From NCBI RefSeq assembly GCF_009914755.1, contig NC_060944.1: a DNA stretch of 64,000 nucleotides; one strand, written 5' to 3'. The position numbers and the translations under genes are program-made. The stretch's first letter is position 1, and every line of letters starts with the position of its first letter. Origin of the DNA: the human T2T-CHM13v2.0 reference genome, Homo sapiens. Below the pieces are notes generated by a model, which saw nothing but the letters and a program-made list of their open reading frames with translations, did not search any database and was not told where the DNA came from. Below are positions 1 through 12,494 of this stretch, piece after piece.

Positions 1-244
1 GCCCGCCCTCTCCACTGCCCTTGATTGGGATTCTTGGTCCCCACCACTCAGCTGGGTAGAATCAATCAGATTATATTTTGAGCTTGGGAAGATGAAACTC
101 AGGTCTTCTCTCTGGAGGGGAAGGTGATTGGTCCCAGAAAGGGAAGGCAGCCCGTGTGTCTGGAGGGCCCCTGCACTGCCAGTGTGTAGCAGACACCATC
201 ACAAGCTCTCCCTTTGAAGCCCCACCACAGCCCTCAAGGGGGAT

Positions 245-350
245 ATGGGTTTTAACCTTCCCACTCTACAGATGGGGAAACAGAGGCTCAGAGAACCAGT
301 ACTTTGCCTGATGGCAGAGCTGGTCCACAACAGGCCAGAGTCAGAGTTCA
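245..350 (-). mobile_element. MIR SINE fragment
   Basis: ctacagatggggaaacagaggctcagaga matches the reverse complement of the MIR core. Confidence 0.6.
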
Positions 351-424
351 GGTACGAGTAGCTCCCCAGGAGGCCAAACACCCAAAACACACCCGTCTGG
401 AGAGTGGCCTCTTGAGGAGTTGCC

Positions 425-778
425 TGTGTGGCTTTGCCAGGGCTGCCGTAACGAACATCACAGACCAGGCGGCTTAGACAACGGAAATGTACTTCCCATG
501 TTCTGGAGCCTGGAAGTCCCAGATCAGCTGTCAGCAGGACTGGTTCTTCCGAGGTCTCTCCTTGGCTTGTGGGTGGCTGCCCTCTTCCTGAGTCTCCTGC
601 GTACATGTCCCAATCTTCTGATAAGCACACAGCCATCTAGGATCAGGCCCACCCCTGGTGACCTCATTTTAACTTAACCACGTCTTTAAGGATTCTATCT
701 CCAAATAGTCACATTCTGAGGCCTGGGGATTAGAATTCCACCATATGAGTTTTGAGGGGACACAACGGAGCCCAAGTC
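425..778 (-). mobile_element. MaLR solo LTR (MLT1B-like)
   Basis: agggctgccgtaac...ggcttagacaacggaaat...ttctggagcctggaagtcc...gacctcattttaacttaa...ctccaaatagtcacattctgagg...ggggacacaa follows the MLT1A/B reverse complement end to end. Confidence 0.8.
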
Positions 779-3700
779 ACCACCCAAGCTCATGCATCTC
801 CCATCCCTGTCCAGATACACTGCCAAGCCCCTTACCAACACCCAGAAGAGCTGCCATCAGCCACACCCACATCTGTCTGTCTGTCTGTCCACCCGCATCT
901 GTGGGCCCCACATCCATGCTGTGTTTGATCCATGAAGGGTTCAAGCTGCACACACATGGGCAGTGGGTGTTCAGTATATGGACCCCTTCTTCCCAAGGCT
1001 GCAGAGAGACCAGCTGGCATCTGCACAGGATTCAGACTTGGCTGTGTTGACTGAGCTGGGGATGCTGCCCCCGAGGATCCTGCAGGCAGAGGGCAAGAGG
1101 ACCTCTATGATGAGGAGCTCCCTGGCTGGGGGCTGTGCATTCCCCACCCTGCCTGCCTACAGCCCTGCCATGCCTGAGTTGTGAGAGAGACCCAGAGAGG
1201 ATTCGCCACTCAGCCCTGGGGCTCTTCTCCTGTGTCAAGGAGCTCCTTGGGAACCGGCATGCCCCGGTCAAGTGGGAGTCAGTGGGGCCGCCAGGACAAG
1301 GACCTTAGACCAGTGAAGATGCCTGGCTGGACACGGGGGACCCCCAGGCGGGACCAGAGAGGAGCACTGGAAAGGATGGCATTGGTGAATGTGCTCACAC
1401 GCACTGGGGGGTGCCCCTAGGGAATTGCCAGGGATCCTTGACAGGCAGATTTTCAGACTGATGAAGTCCTGCCTGAACCTACCTGAGGGTAAGAACCAAC
1501 CAAGTGTGTGCAGCTTCTGCTACCACAGCGCCGTGTCCCACAAGCAGCCCACTATCCTGGCTGCCCCTCTGTGAGGAGCATGGCCGCTGACAGCCTTCAG
1601 TGCTAGAGCCACAGCCCGCTTTCCCTGGGGCAGCCCTGGCCAGTGACCAGGCCAGGCGGAGGCACAGGCCTGCCCCTTCCCACCCAGACCAGCTATTCCC
1701 GCCAGCACCCTGGGCTTAGAGGTGTCCAGAGGTTGCCCAATGTCCTGAAGGCTCCTTCTGCCCAAGCCCACAGTCTCCATGTCTGGTTCACAGGCGTCAC
1801 TCCCCATACAAGCCTCCCCGCTACACACCTTGGTGCTGCTCCCTGGAAAGCCTGCCTGCACCGGCCTCCCCTGGTGAGGTCCAGGGAGATTAGGACACAG
1901 ATGTTAGGAACGTGAAGCCCAAAGAGGTGAAAAGATAACCATGAGCAGCTACAGCCTAACCCATGTGACTCCCGCACCATTGAAACCAGCAATCCATCTT
2001 CCAATTTGAGAAGCACCTTGCCACAGCTCACTTTGAGCCCTTCTCACAGATGAGGGACTCAGCCTGTTTCAGTGACTGGCTCTGAGGCTCGGGGCCCTTG
2101 CGTTCCATTAGGCTCCTGCCTGCTGGACCCACAATATTCTTCCACAGCATCCATCTATCCTCTTCATCCCTCCTGACAAAGAGGCCCCTATGCTCACAGG
2201 AATCCGCAGAGGGTTGCAAGAAAAGAAGCACGCTTGGCTATGTGGCAGCTGCAGCTCTGTTTTCAGCCCACATGGACTCATTCTGATGGAGACAAGTCTG
2301 ACAGGCTTAGAAAATTTACTCGGAATCCTCAGCACAGTGCAAACTTTTGTCTCCTCTGCGAAAGAGAGGAGGCCTGTGTTTGTCTGTAGAAGGTCCCTGT
2401 TAGCAGAGCCTCCAAGGAAGGTCGTAGTGAATGTTTGGGGTAAATGTTTGCAGAACGTGATTTGAACAGCGCCAAGGCAGGTGATACTGTTTTTCATTCT
2501 GTGATTTCCTGTGCAATTAAACTCTCTCAATCTTCACTTGTCTCTCACCTGTGAAATAGATCTCCTCTGGACTAAGACTCAGCTCAGTTGTTCTAGGAGC
2601 AGAACTTAACTGTTATGGTGCAGCTAGAAAATACTTGCTGCTTCTAAGTTATGCACCAAAGAGAAAAATAAACACATCTTAGCTTGAACATTAGAGAAAC
2701 AAATTTAACTTCTTGGAAGATGAACCAGGCCAGATCTCCCACTCACACTGAAGCCACAGCTCCTGAAGAATGGCCCTGGAGAATGTGAAATGACAAAGAA
2801 GTCTCGAGCAATTGGACTGCCCCGGGGGTCAGCTTCTGCCCTCTCCACAGCCCAGGGGTGTTTTTTGGTGCCCTCCTCTGGCAATCCCAGGTGCAGAGAA
2901 CGGCCACAGCGGTGCAGCTCCCGTAGTCTCTGCCCACCCACCCCCACAAGCTGAGGCTTTTCTAGCATTCACTCAGGGCCTTCCAGACTCAACCTTCAGG
3001 TAGAGAGCTCACATTCTTCCGGCTCATATCTGATAAGACTAAGGTTTTCTACCCCTGAAGAGCGCCTTGGGTACTGCTGCCCTGGAATGCCAAAGGTCAA
3101 CTCTGAATCCTCCCAACAACACCCTGCCAGGAGATGGGCCTCTGGCAGACCAAGCACCTTGGCCTCTGATGCAGTGGGAGCCCCTTCTCAGCCCATGCAC
3201 GGCCCATGACCACACCCTGCCTATCTTTCAAGGCCAGCTGATACCTGCTCCAGAAAGCCTTCTTTGACACTTCCCCAGCCTTCAGGAAGCGGCACCAATC
3301 CAAATTCCAGAGCCTCTAACATCAGGCCCCACTGGCCACTCACTCCCAGAAGAGGGCCATGGAGGGCTGACTCCTAACCACTTACCACATGCATTGTTGT
3401 TGCAGACCTGCCCAGTGATCCAGCTGCTCTGAGCTCAGAGGTAACGGTGGTCAGTAAGGGAAAGTAAGGTCTGCCTCCTTCCATGGGGGCAGACAACACC
3501 CAGGCAAACCAACAGACAGGCCAGCAGCCACAGAGAATGAGAGGACTCGAAGAGACGGGCAGCGACGGAATGGGTGCCACCGGGCTTGGGGGTGCCACTG
3601 GAGATGGTCAGGGGGTAACTTTAGATCCCTCAAGCCAACTCAGTTGCCACTGACACAAAAGCCCTGGAAAGATGAGAGGCTTATGCCCTGGTCTATCACC

Positions 3701-3859
3701 TAGATGTGCCTGAAGCCAGCCCAGGGTTGCTGCTCAGGACACTCACGTCCTGGCTGGCACCCCTCCCAGGTGCCTGGCAAAGTCACGGCCAGAACCCACT
3801 TCCCACATCCTTCTTTTGGAGCCTGCAGCAGAGGCTGCGTGGGGCTTGTGGAAATGAGA

Positions 3860-4080
3860 CGTGGAATTTAGGATGGCTGGGCTGATGGCTGACCATGAGT
3901 TCAGGTCGCCACACCAGCACAGTGACAGATGCCAGAGCTGATAGCAATAATTGATGATGCAGGTGAGGAAGAAGATCGTATCTCGGTGTTACAAGCTCTC
4001 AGGTTACGCTCTGGAGATGCATCTCAGCCAGGAAGTAGTTTCCAGAGAGCACAAAGTGAAAATCGCATAGGGTCAGTATT
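3860..4080 (-). pseudogene. Possible decayed P2Y-family (class A GPCR) pseudogene fragment, TM2-TM4
   Basis: Minus-strand translation gives, in order and across frameshifts: LTLCDFHFVLS (TM2-like), CN..TIFFLTCI..YCY..GICH (TM3-like), CAGVAT*LMV.AISPAIL (TM4-like). Needs several indels; could be chance. Confidence 0.35.
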
Positions 4081-5080
4081 GCCTTTGTAATTTTGTAATG
4101 TGGAATATAAAAATACTATAACAATGTAATATAGCAGAATTACATTCTTTTAACTGATATCAAAAACTATGTTGGGTTTACAACCCTGCACATGATATAG
4201 CTAGTGTCATCTGTACAACAATAGCACAGTCTCTCTTAGTGCACCAAGGGACTCGATTCCACAAGGGGGTTCTCAGGGTGCTTCGCAGCAGGCAACTCTG
4301 CAACCTGTTCACAAGGGTTCCAGCTTGCTGGCTTTTCTATCAGTTATTATTATTCTCATCTTCTGGAGACCAGTGCATCAAGTTTTCTAATTGCCTTTCA
4401 GTCAGTGTTTGTGTAGGGCCGCCAGTTCCTTCTCTGATTCTTCCTTCTAGAATATTGAAGAAATCATCACCAGGCAGGGGCGGCCCATCCCCCTCAGCAA
4501 CCCTTTACTCCCAAGTCATTGGCAGGAAAACATTAAAATCATTCATGCATTCTTTCCATGGGTTTGCTTAAAATGCATTGATTTCTTTCAGGCATGATTG
4601 CATTTGTTACCTCTGGATAAATGCTCATGGATTGAAGCACCTGTTTAAATCGCACCCTACTTCTAGCCCTGCCTCCAGACTCGCCTCTTTGCATTCAGGG
4701 AGCACAGGTCAGTTAGATATCTTTATGATGAAACTCTGCTGTAATGTGTAGAATGAAGTGGAGGAAAGGCCTTCATTAAATGTTTGTTGAATTTAATTAA
4801 ATTGAATTTGCGATTTTATGCATAGCCCGTCCTCTCCAGGTGAGCGATGTGCTAAGCTTGTCCAAACCAAAACGAGAGGCCTATCTCAGAATGAGTAAGA
4901 GCTGGGAGCTGGGAATGAGGTCAGGGCCTTGGTAACGAAGAACTGAGTGAGATGTCCTTGGATTATCAATCATGGAGACTGTTGTCTCAGTGACCCTTTC
5001 CATCATCTTATGATGACAGTGGCTGCCTGGGCCAGCATCCGGGATGTTGGGGTAGCTTGAGATCATCCGTGTTCTGGGGT

Positions 5081-5838
5081 TGCAATGGAGCAGGGACCCC
5101 TCTTGGGGCCTGCCAGGCCTGCCAGTTACCCCTTCCCCCAAGCATGGAAATAAAGGAAAATTCTGAGTTCCTTCAAGGGACTTTCCAGGTACCCAGCTAG
5201 CCCTGAGAAGTAAAAGAGCAACTTGAGAAGCCAGAAGGTTATAGTGGCTTAAAAGGGTGGCCACGGAAGTTAGAATCACGAGAATATTTGGTTTCCTACA
5301 GAAACTAAAGATAACATCTTAGCATATGTCCTTGGGTTGTTTTTCAGAAATGTGGAACCCCATCTAATGGGTTCACTGGCACACAGACCTCAGACAAGGG
5401 GGAGCTGAGGACTGGACTCTGACCACTGTTTTGGTTCTAAATTTCTTCCTGAGGCCCAAGAGGAGGTCACGTCCACCAGCTAAACCTAGCATTCTTTTCT
5501 GCTGGCTACAAAATTTTTAGACAAGGCTTTGCCTCCTTAAACAATCGCAAGTTTAAAAATCTTTGAATCCAGCCATCTATGACCTGTGGGCCCCCACTTG
5601 GAGATGTTCCACGTTTTTAGGTCAAGCCAATGTACAGCCTCCACCTATTGATTTATGACTTTGCCTGTGACCTCTGCCTCCCTCCCTTTAAAAACTCCTA
5701 CCTGTAAGCCATTGAGGCCAGGTCTAAATCATGAGCTGCCCTGCAATCGGTGCCTCAATTTCTCTCGCCGCAACCCTGAGGTCAGCCTTGGCTTTGCTCT
5801 GCTGCACTGGTGGACCCAAGCTCTGTTCACTGTTGTCA
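5081..5838 (+). mobile_element. ERV1 solo LTR (MER39-like)
   Basis: tg..atggagcagggacccctctt...aagcatggaaataaaggaaaa...gaaactaaagataacatctt...agacctcagacaagggggagctgaggac...ggacccaag. Confidence 0.7.
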
Positions 5839-6545
5839 GCCTAGGGTCCTGCCTCCAGCCCTGATTTCTCAGAGATTGGACTTGGACCCTCCAAGCCCCC
5901 TGATTACAAAAGGAAGTGAGCTTGTTCCAAGACTGCAGGGAAGGGATTTCCATTTTGAGCTCCATAGGCGGCTCCTTCAGCTATCTCTGTGGCTCACAGA
6001 CAAAAGCCGGCCCAGGGTGAAAGTGATCCTGCCAAGCTGAGACACTCAGAGAACAAAGGACATCTTGAAGGTGAGCGCCTCCCACTTCTCCTTCTGATGT
6101 GCACACATTAGGGGAGAATATTAAATGCAATGACGGAGGAGGATGGAGACGAAATGACCACGGTAATGACATCAGTGGCCTGCTACCCTATGTGGAGGCT
6201 GCCGTGACCTCTGAGGTACACCCTCGTACCCCTACCTGTGAAAACTGGACTCATGGGGATGCTCAACACCCTAACACCCTCCTCACTGTACAGCAGGCAT
6301 CTTCCCGGGTGCCGCTCGCATTCTCTAGGGGCTGATTTTGCATGGCTCTCTCCACTCATCTATTCTGCTCGAACCGGGTGATGAGGAAGGTGGCTCTGAC
6401 CTCCTCTCCCACTCTTCAGTGGATCTATCCCTGCACCCAGCTGGCACAGCAGATATTTGTTCCTTGACTTTCCTCTGGTTTGGGGTTTTCACCCTTTTTT
6501 TTCAATAAATGACTCAGAAGTGAATATTTCCCACTGGCATATTTT

Positions 6546-6652
6546 TTCTCTCTCTCTGTCTCTGTGTGTGTGCCTGTCTCTCTCAATCTCTCTCTCTCTC
6601 TGTCTCTGTCCCTCTCTTATACAGGCACACACACACATGATCACACACACAC
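6546..6652. repeat. Compound (TC)n/(TG)n/(CA)n microsatellite
   Basis: Directly visible dinucleotide runs. Confidence 0.85.
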
Positions 6653-7061
6653 AATAACAAAATTACACATATGGCTATAAAAATTCTGCATACAAAACTT
6701 CCACAGGTCCTGCAGAATAGAGCCCTGCCTCAGCCTGTGGACAAGCCCATCACACTGACCCAGCCAGCCTCAGGGCCAGCCCTCTCTCAGAGACATCCTA
6801 ACTTCAGAAACAGCACGCTGGCTCCTGTGCTGTCGGACGCTCACAGGGCCCTCAAGCAGTAGCCATCCCATGGGATAATCAGAGACCCCAGAGTTTGGAA
6901 TACAGGGCCCAGGAGGCTGCGTCCCCGAGACTCTGCTGCTGGGGTGTACTCGATGTCCTGGCTCGACTGACACAGTCCTGATCTTGCCAGTTGGTGTCTG
7001 TGGACCTGTGTTTTGGCATGGACAGGCACAAGGCTAAGGAGGTCAGCATGCAGCAGGAGGC

Positions 7062-7356
7062 AAACTGTGAAGTACCTCTCTGGCCTGGCCTTTGTGAATT
7101 ACCACAGTCAGGGGTCTACCCAGGAAACTGTGAAGTACCTCTCTGGCCTTTGTGAATTACCACAGTGCGGGGTCCACCCAGGAAACTGTGAAGTACCTCT
7201 GTGGCCTTTGTGAATTACCACAGTCAGGGGTCCACCCAGGAAACTGTGAAGTACCTCTCTGGGCGTTGTGAATTACCACAGTTAGGGGTTTACCCAGGAA
7301 ACTGTGAAGTATCTCTCTGGCCTTTGTGAATCACCACAGTTAGGGGTCTATGCAGG
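7062..7356. repeat. 58-bp minisatellite, 5 copies
   Basis: Unit AAACTGTGAAGTACCTCTCTGGCCTTTGTGAATTACCACAGTCAGGGGTCTACCCAGG starts at 7062, 7125, 7183, 7241, 7299; first copy has an extra TGGCC. Confidence 0.95.
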
Positions 7357-7909
7357 AGTACTGGTCATTCACAGACTCAGCTCATTCCAGGCCTTAGCAG
7401 TGTGCACCTCAGAGTGAAGCAGAGAGGCCCCAGGAGAAGCCATGGCCACGCCCTCAACCTCCTGCTCCGAGGAGGAGACGTGTGGCTTCAAGGGGTGCTC
7501 AAGGCCTGGACTTGTTCCCTCAGGGCATGAGTCTGGGGCCTCCTCAGGGCATCGGTCGGGGGCAGTGTCTGCACATGGAACTGAAATCCTAATTTAGGCT
7601 CCCCAGGAACCCCCTCTTGCCACACGTCTTCCCTCCCACCTTGAGTCTTACAGATTCTCCAGTGAGGCACACACTGTTCTGCCCTATTTCCCAGCTACCC
7701 TCACAGGTGTATCAGAGGCAGGTGTGTCCCCAAAGGCCCAGGTAAATGCAGACCCCTCATGAAGCTGCCTCCAAACTCAGAACTCCCCTCCTTCCTCTGT
7801 GCCCAGGCTGGTGGTGGTCTTCATCCATTCATTTCATCAATAGTGCTCATGGCAAACCCGCTGTCATCGTCCGGCCCAGGGGAATCTGGGTGCTGAACAC
7901 CAGTGAGCC

Positions 7910-8835
7910 CAGGGCATGAAGCTTGAAAACACAATGTGAGCAAAGAACACCAACACAGATGGTACAGAAGGTGCGTGCTGTGACCCATTTAGATCTGGTT
8001 CAAAGGAAGAAAAGCTAGACTGTAATGAAGCACAAGCAGGTAACAAGAGCTGATGCAGCACTGGGGAGTGTAACATGCAATTCAAGGCAGGGCTTCTTTC
8101 TGCAGAAGGCAGTACAGAGATTTCCCAAAGAGCTAAAACAATCCCACAACTGGGCAACTACCCAAACTAAGAGATGTGATTGTATCAAAAGGACACCTGG
8201 TCTCACACTGTTGACAATAGCAAAGACATGGAGTTAACCTGAGTGCCCATCGATGGATAAATAGATAAAGAAAATGTGGTGTATACACACAATGGAATAC
8301 TACTCAGCCATAAAAAAGAATGAAGTCATGTCTTTTGCAGCAACATGGATGGAACTGGTGGCCATTATCTTAAGTGAAATAGTTTAGACAGAAAGTCAAG
8401 TACCACATATTCTCACTTATAAGTGGAGGCTAAATAGTATGTACACATGGACAAAGAGTGTGCAGTGACAGACACTGGAGACTCAGAACGGTGGGGGCAG
8501 ATGGGGGAGGGTGATGAGAAATTACTTAACTGGTACGATGTACACCATTCAGGTGACAGATACACTAAAAGCCAAGACTTCACCAGTATACAACATATGC
8601 ATGTAACAAAATTGCATTTGTACCCTTTAAACTCATACCAATTAAAATTAAAACCAAAGATAGTGGTTCTTCCGCAGGGAGGGAGGGGACAGGGTGGCAG
8701 TCAGCAGAGGGGTCCAGGGTGCTGGCAAGTTTCCCTTTCTGAGACCAGGAGGGCACAGGTGCCTCCTATTTTTCTTAAACTGTGTACTCCTTATACATAT
8801 TGCTTCTATGTAGGATGTGGCTCATGCTTTTAACA
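7910..8835 (+). mobile_element. Old L1ME-type 3' end, split by a younger L1MA insertion
   Basis: atgaagcttgaaaacacaatgtgagcaaag... before ~8100 and gatagtggttct...gggtgctggcaagtttcc...taaactgtgtac after ~8654. Confidence 0.55.
8105..8653 (+). mobile_element. LINE-1 3' end (L1MA2/3-like), 5' truncated
   Basis: gataaagaaaatgtggt...aatggaatactactcagccataaaaaagaatg...gcagcaacatggatggaactgg...tacactaaaagccaagacttcacc...catgtaacaaaattgcatttgtacc, then A-rich tail. Confidence 0.85.
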
Positions 8836-8849
8836 AGTCAAGCCAAAGA

Positions 8850-9440
8850 TTTAGTGTGTGCCAGGCACTCTGCTGGGCTTGAGGATTAAAAATACTAAGA
8901 AGGCGTAGCCCTGTGCCCAAGGACTCATACGCCCACGTCCTTTCATCTGTGTTGTGCCGTTGCTCCAATCACAGGCTCCAGGGTTAGAGGATGTGGGCTG
9001 AGATCCCTGCCACCCCACTCACTAGCATCTCTGGGCCTGGCTTCCCTCATCTTTCAAGTCTCCAGGCACAGAGCTGCTCTGAGGAGTAAATGAGGGGATG
9101 CAGGTTCCGGCTCAGCACAGGGCTCTCCGGGAAGGCTGCAATCTCCTCCGTGGGTGTCCTTAGGACTTCTAATTCAGTCCTGCATCATGGTCCTGGACTT
9201 AACTGCAGCTCCCTCTGTATTTTAGGATTTTTTTTTTTTTTTTTTGAGAACAGACCTCTTATTTTATGCATTATTTCGCTCAGCATTAGCTATTTGGGAA
9301 ACAGGATAAGTGTTATACACGTATATTTAAATATGATTAAATTTGATCCTCTCAAAAAAATGACTCTGTGAAGCAGGCAGGTGAGGCACCATTTTTTACA
9401 CTTACAAGCAGGGAAACTGAGGTGCGGGGAGACTAAATGG
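8850..9440. mobile_element. L2 and MIR fragments
   Basis: tgtgccaggcactctgctgggc (L2, minus); ctctgggcctggcttccctcatct (MIR, plus); gggaaactgaggtgc (MIR, minus). Confidence 0.5.
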
Positions 9441-10149
9441 AGGCGCCTCTCAGCAGACAGGGTGTTCCTCTTTTTACAAAGGCACAATGCAGAGACCAGA
9501 GGCTGCTGTCTGCATCTGAAAATTTAACTGCAAGGTTAAAAAGAAGCAGGTTCAAAGGTTCAGCAAAGGAAGCCCAGCCATTGCATCCATTGGCCTTGAA
9601 CGCTGGCCTGTCAGCAATGTGTGGATCTCAGAGTCTCCAAAAAGGGGAACTGGAAACACCAGCTTCCCTTAGAAAACAGGGTTTTTTTAACTGAAAAGAA
9701 AAATCTCCTTGGAAGAACTTATCTTTGTGACATTGCTATAACAAACTTCTTCCTTTAATCTTTGAGAAAGAGAAAAGTGTGCTCATCGCAGCTGCAGCAG
9801 AAGCCAGCGCACTTCTCAGCCACGTCCGTCCCCAGAGGGAAGCATCATGTTTGATTTGATTGTGCCACGAAGAAATGGGAAGGGAGTCAGCGGAACTGGC
9901 TGGGGCCTGGCTCCTGCTTGGCATTCGTGCCACGTGTGGCTTCCTCAGGTGGCCAGACCACTCTGTCTGAGACAGCTTGACCTCAAGAGCAATTGTGGTC
10001 ATGAGGATGATGGTGGAGACACAAAATGGCATCTTCCGCTCCTCTTTCACATGGACGTTAGTGAGATAAAACCAGAAAACCAAAGAATACATTCATTCAA
10101 TAATTTCCATTTCCTGATAACAAGATTTCTCCAAGTGCAAGTGGCCAGT

Positions 10150-10505
10150 GTTGGCACCAATGGTAGCGGCCGTCAATGCCCAGCCCATGATCCTCAGGCT
10201 CCTGTTTCCTGGGGGGATGAGGAGTCCTGCCCTTGGCTATGCCCCAGGGGCTCCCCTTCACCTCTGCAGGGCTCAGGGCAGGCACAGGACCAGGGAGTTG
10301 CCACCAGGAGTAGCCTCAGCCAGTGGTGCTGGGAGTCGTGGGTAGTCACCAGCTTCCTAATGGGACGGAGCCTCGGCTGTCCACGTCTATCACTGGCTCT
10401 TTCATGCATCCTCTGCTGGCATCTTCCCCTTCCGCTACCAGTGCTTCCCGGGCTCACCTCCCAAATAAATCCCTGGCACGTGCGTCCCTGCCTGGGGCCT
10501 GCCAG
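10150..10505 (+). mobile_element. ERVL LTR (LTR16 family)
   Basis: gtgcttcccgggctcacctcccaaataaat..., characteristic LTR16 3' portion. Confidence 0.6.
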
Positions 10506-10842
10506 GTGGGCAGCGCAGGCCCCTCCCTCCCCCTGCTCTCCACTAGGAGGCCTCTGTGAATGCGCCCTAGGCCATCTTTGTTCACACTCCTGCCCCGGGG
10601 CTTGATGAGATCCAACCTTGAAACCCTGCTGACATTCCTGTCTCTTCACGCTCTGCCAGCTCCCCTCAGTGGGCAGTGGGGCCCCTACATCGGAGTTTAC
10701 ACTGCGGCCACTGTAGACATGAAGTCCCTTGGATCAGGTTCCCTGGGGCTCCAGCTGGCCCTGCCTCTGGCAGCCTCCTGGCTCGGAGTCCTCACGGAGG
10801 CAGCCAGGGTAATGCCTGCTTCTGCTGATCTGTTGTGGGCCT

Positions 10843-11335
10843 AAAATTCACTCTTTAGTGCACAGTGCTAAGAGTTTTGATAAATATGCACTGAAATGGA
10901 ACCACCTTGACAGTCAAGATATGAAGCTTCGTCACTCCCCAAATCCCCACATGCCCAATGCAGTCAACCCCTGCCCCACCTGTAAGCGGTGGCACTGCCC
11001 TGCCCTCTGCCCCCACCGTGTGGGTTTCCAGAGTGTCCTGTGAATAGAGCTGCACAGAATGCAGCCTTCGAGCCTGCTTCTTCCCCTCAGCCTGCAGCCT
11101 TGGAACTCATCCAGCTTGTTGGGTGCATCAACAGCTCACCCCTTTTTACTGCTAAGTAGCGTTGCACAGGGCAGGTGCAGTGGTGTGTCCATGCCCTAGT
11201 CAGAGGATATTTGGGCTGTGTATTCAAAGTTTGGGGCAACTTTGTATAAAGCTACTATGAACAAGTGTGTGCAGGTTTTTGCGGGAACATAAGTTTCCAT
11301 TTCCTTTAGGTGGATACCAGGAGAGGGATTATTGA
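10843..11335 (-). mobile_element. Old LINE-1 3' region (L1MC/L1MD/L1ME-type)
   Basis: aaaattcactctttagtgcacagt..agagttttgataaat...ataaagctactatgaaca..tgtgcaggtttttg.gggaacataagtttccattt. Confidence 0.75.
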
Positions 11336-11354
11336 CGCCTTTTTAACTGACTCC

Positions 11355-11458
11355 CATCTTGCCCTTTGCCACTTCCCAGTTCCTCACGTGTGCCTCCCGG
11401 GACCACTATTTCCCAGCCTTTGTCTGAGGTCTGCTTCCAAGAACACCAAGCTAAGATA
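11355..11458 (+). mobile_element. LTR16-family 3' terminal fragment
   Basis: ttgtctgaggtctgcttcc..gaacaccaagctaagata matches the LTR16 end. Confidence 0.5.
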
Positions 11459-12489
11459 GCAAGTGACCCTCAGCGCCTTGAGGCTGCGCTACAGCTGGGG
11501 CTCAGGAGCGGACAAATACCAGATGAGGCCCAGACTTATGATTTCCCAGGAAACAGAAGTTCCTGAGTCCCAGAAGCTGCTAGCTGTCTGCAGCAAAGCA
11601 GCCATTTTGCACAGAGAAATTCACACCAAACCCTGAAATCTTTATTTTTTATTATTTTATTATTTTTTTATTTCAATAGGTTTTTGGGGAACAGGTGGTG
11701 TTTGGTTACATGAATAGTTTCTTTAGTGGTGATTTCTGGGATTTTGGTGCACCCATCACTCGAGCAGTGTACACTGTACCCAATGTGTAGTCTTTTATCC
11801 CTCACACCCCTCCCACTCTTTCTCCCAAGTCCGCCAAGTCCATTGTATCATTCTTATTCTTTTGCGTTCTCATAGCTTAGCTCCCACTTATGAGTGAGAA
11901 CATACCATGTTTGGTTTTCCATTCCTGAATTAATTCACTTAGAATAACGGTCTCCAACTCCCTCTAGGTTGCTGTGAACCCCATTATTTCATTCCTTTTT
12001 ATGACTGAATAGTATTCCATTATATGTATATACCACATTTTCTTTATCCACTCATTGATTGATGAGCATCTGGGCTTGTTCTAAATTTTTGCAATTCCGA
12101 ATTGTGCTGCTGTAAACATGCGTAGGCAAGTATCCTTTTTTGTATAATGACTTCTTTTCCTCTGGGAAGATTACCCAGTGGTGGGATTGCTGGATCAAAT
12201 GGTAGATCTAGTTTTAGTTCTTTAAGCAATCTCCACATTGTTTTCCATAGTGGTTGTACTCGTTTACATTCCCACCAGCAGTGTAAAAGTGTTCCCTTTT
12301 CACCACATCCATGCCAACATCTATTTCTTTATAATGGCCATTCTTGCAGGAGTAAGGTGGTATCACATTGTGATTTTGATTTGCATTTCCCTGATAATCA
12401 GTGATGTTGAGCTTGTTTCATATACTTGTAGGCCATTTGCATATCTTCTTTTAAGAATTGTCTATTCATGTCCTTAGCCCACTTTTTGA

Positions 12490-12494
<5 letters not shown>

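Noticed and set aside
3400-3560. TM5-TM7 continuation of the putative GPCR (LPGCCLP, PYFP)
   Set aside because: Spacing is inconsistent with receptor topology and the matches are too short; not counted as support
7062-7356. CRISPR-like array
   Set aside because: Units are contiguous with no unique spacers, there are no cas genes, and the context is primate DNA; it is a minisatellite
9847-10605. Longest ORF (252 aa) as a gene
   Set aside because: No recognisable domain, composition typical of GC-rich noncoding DNA, and it runs through an LTR16 remnant
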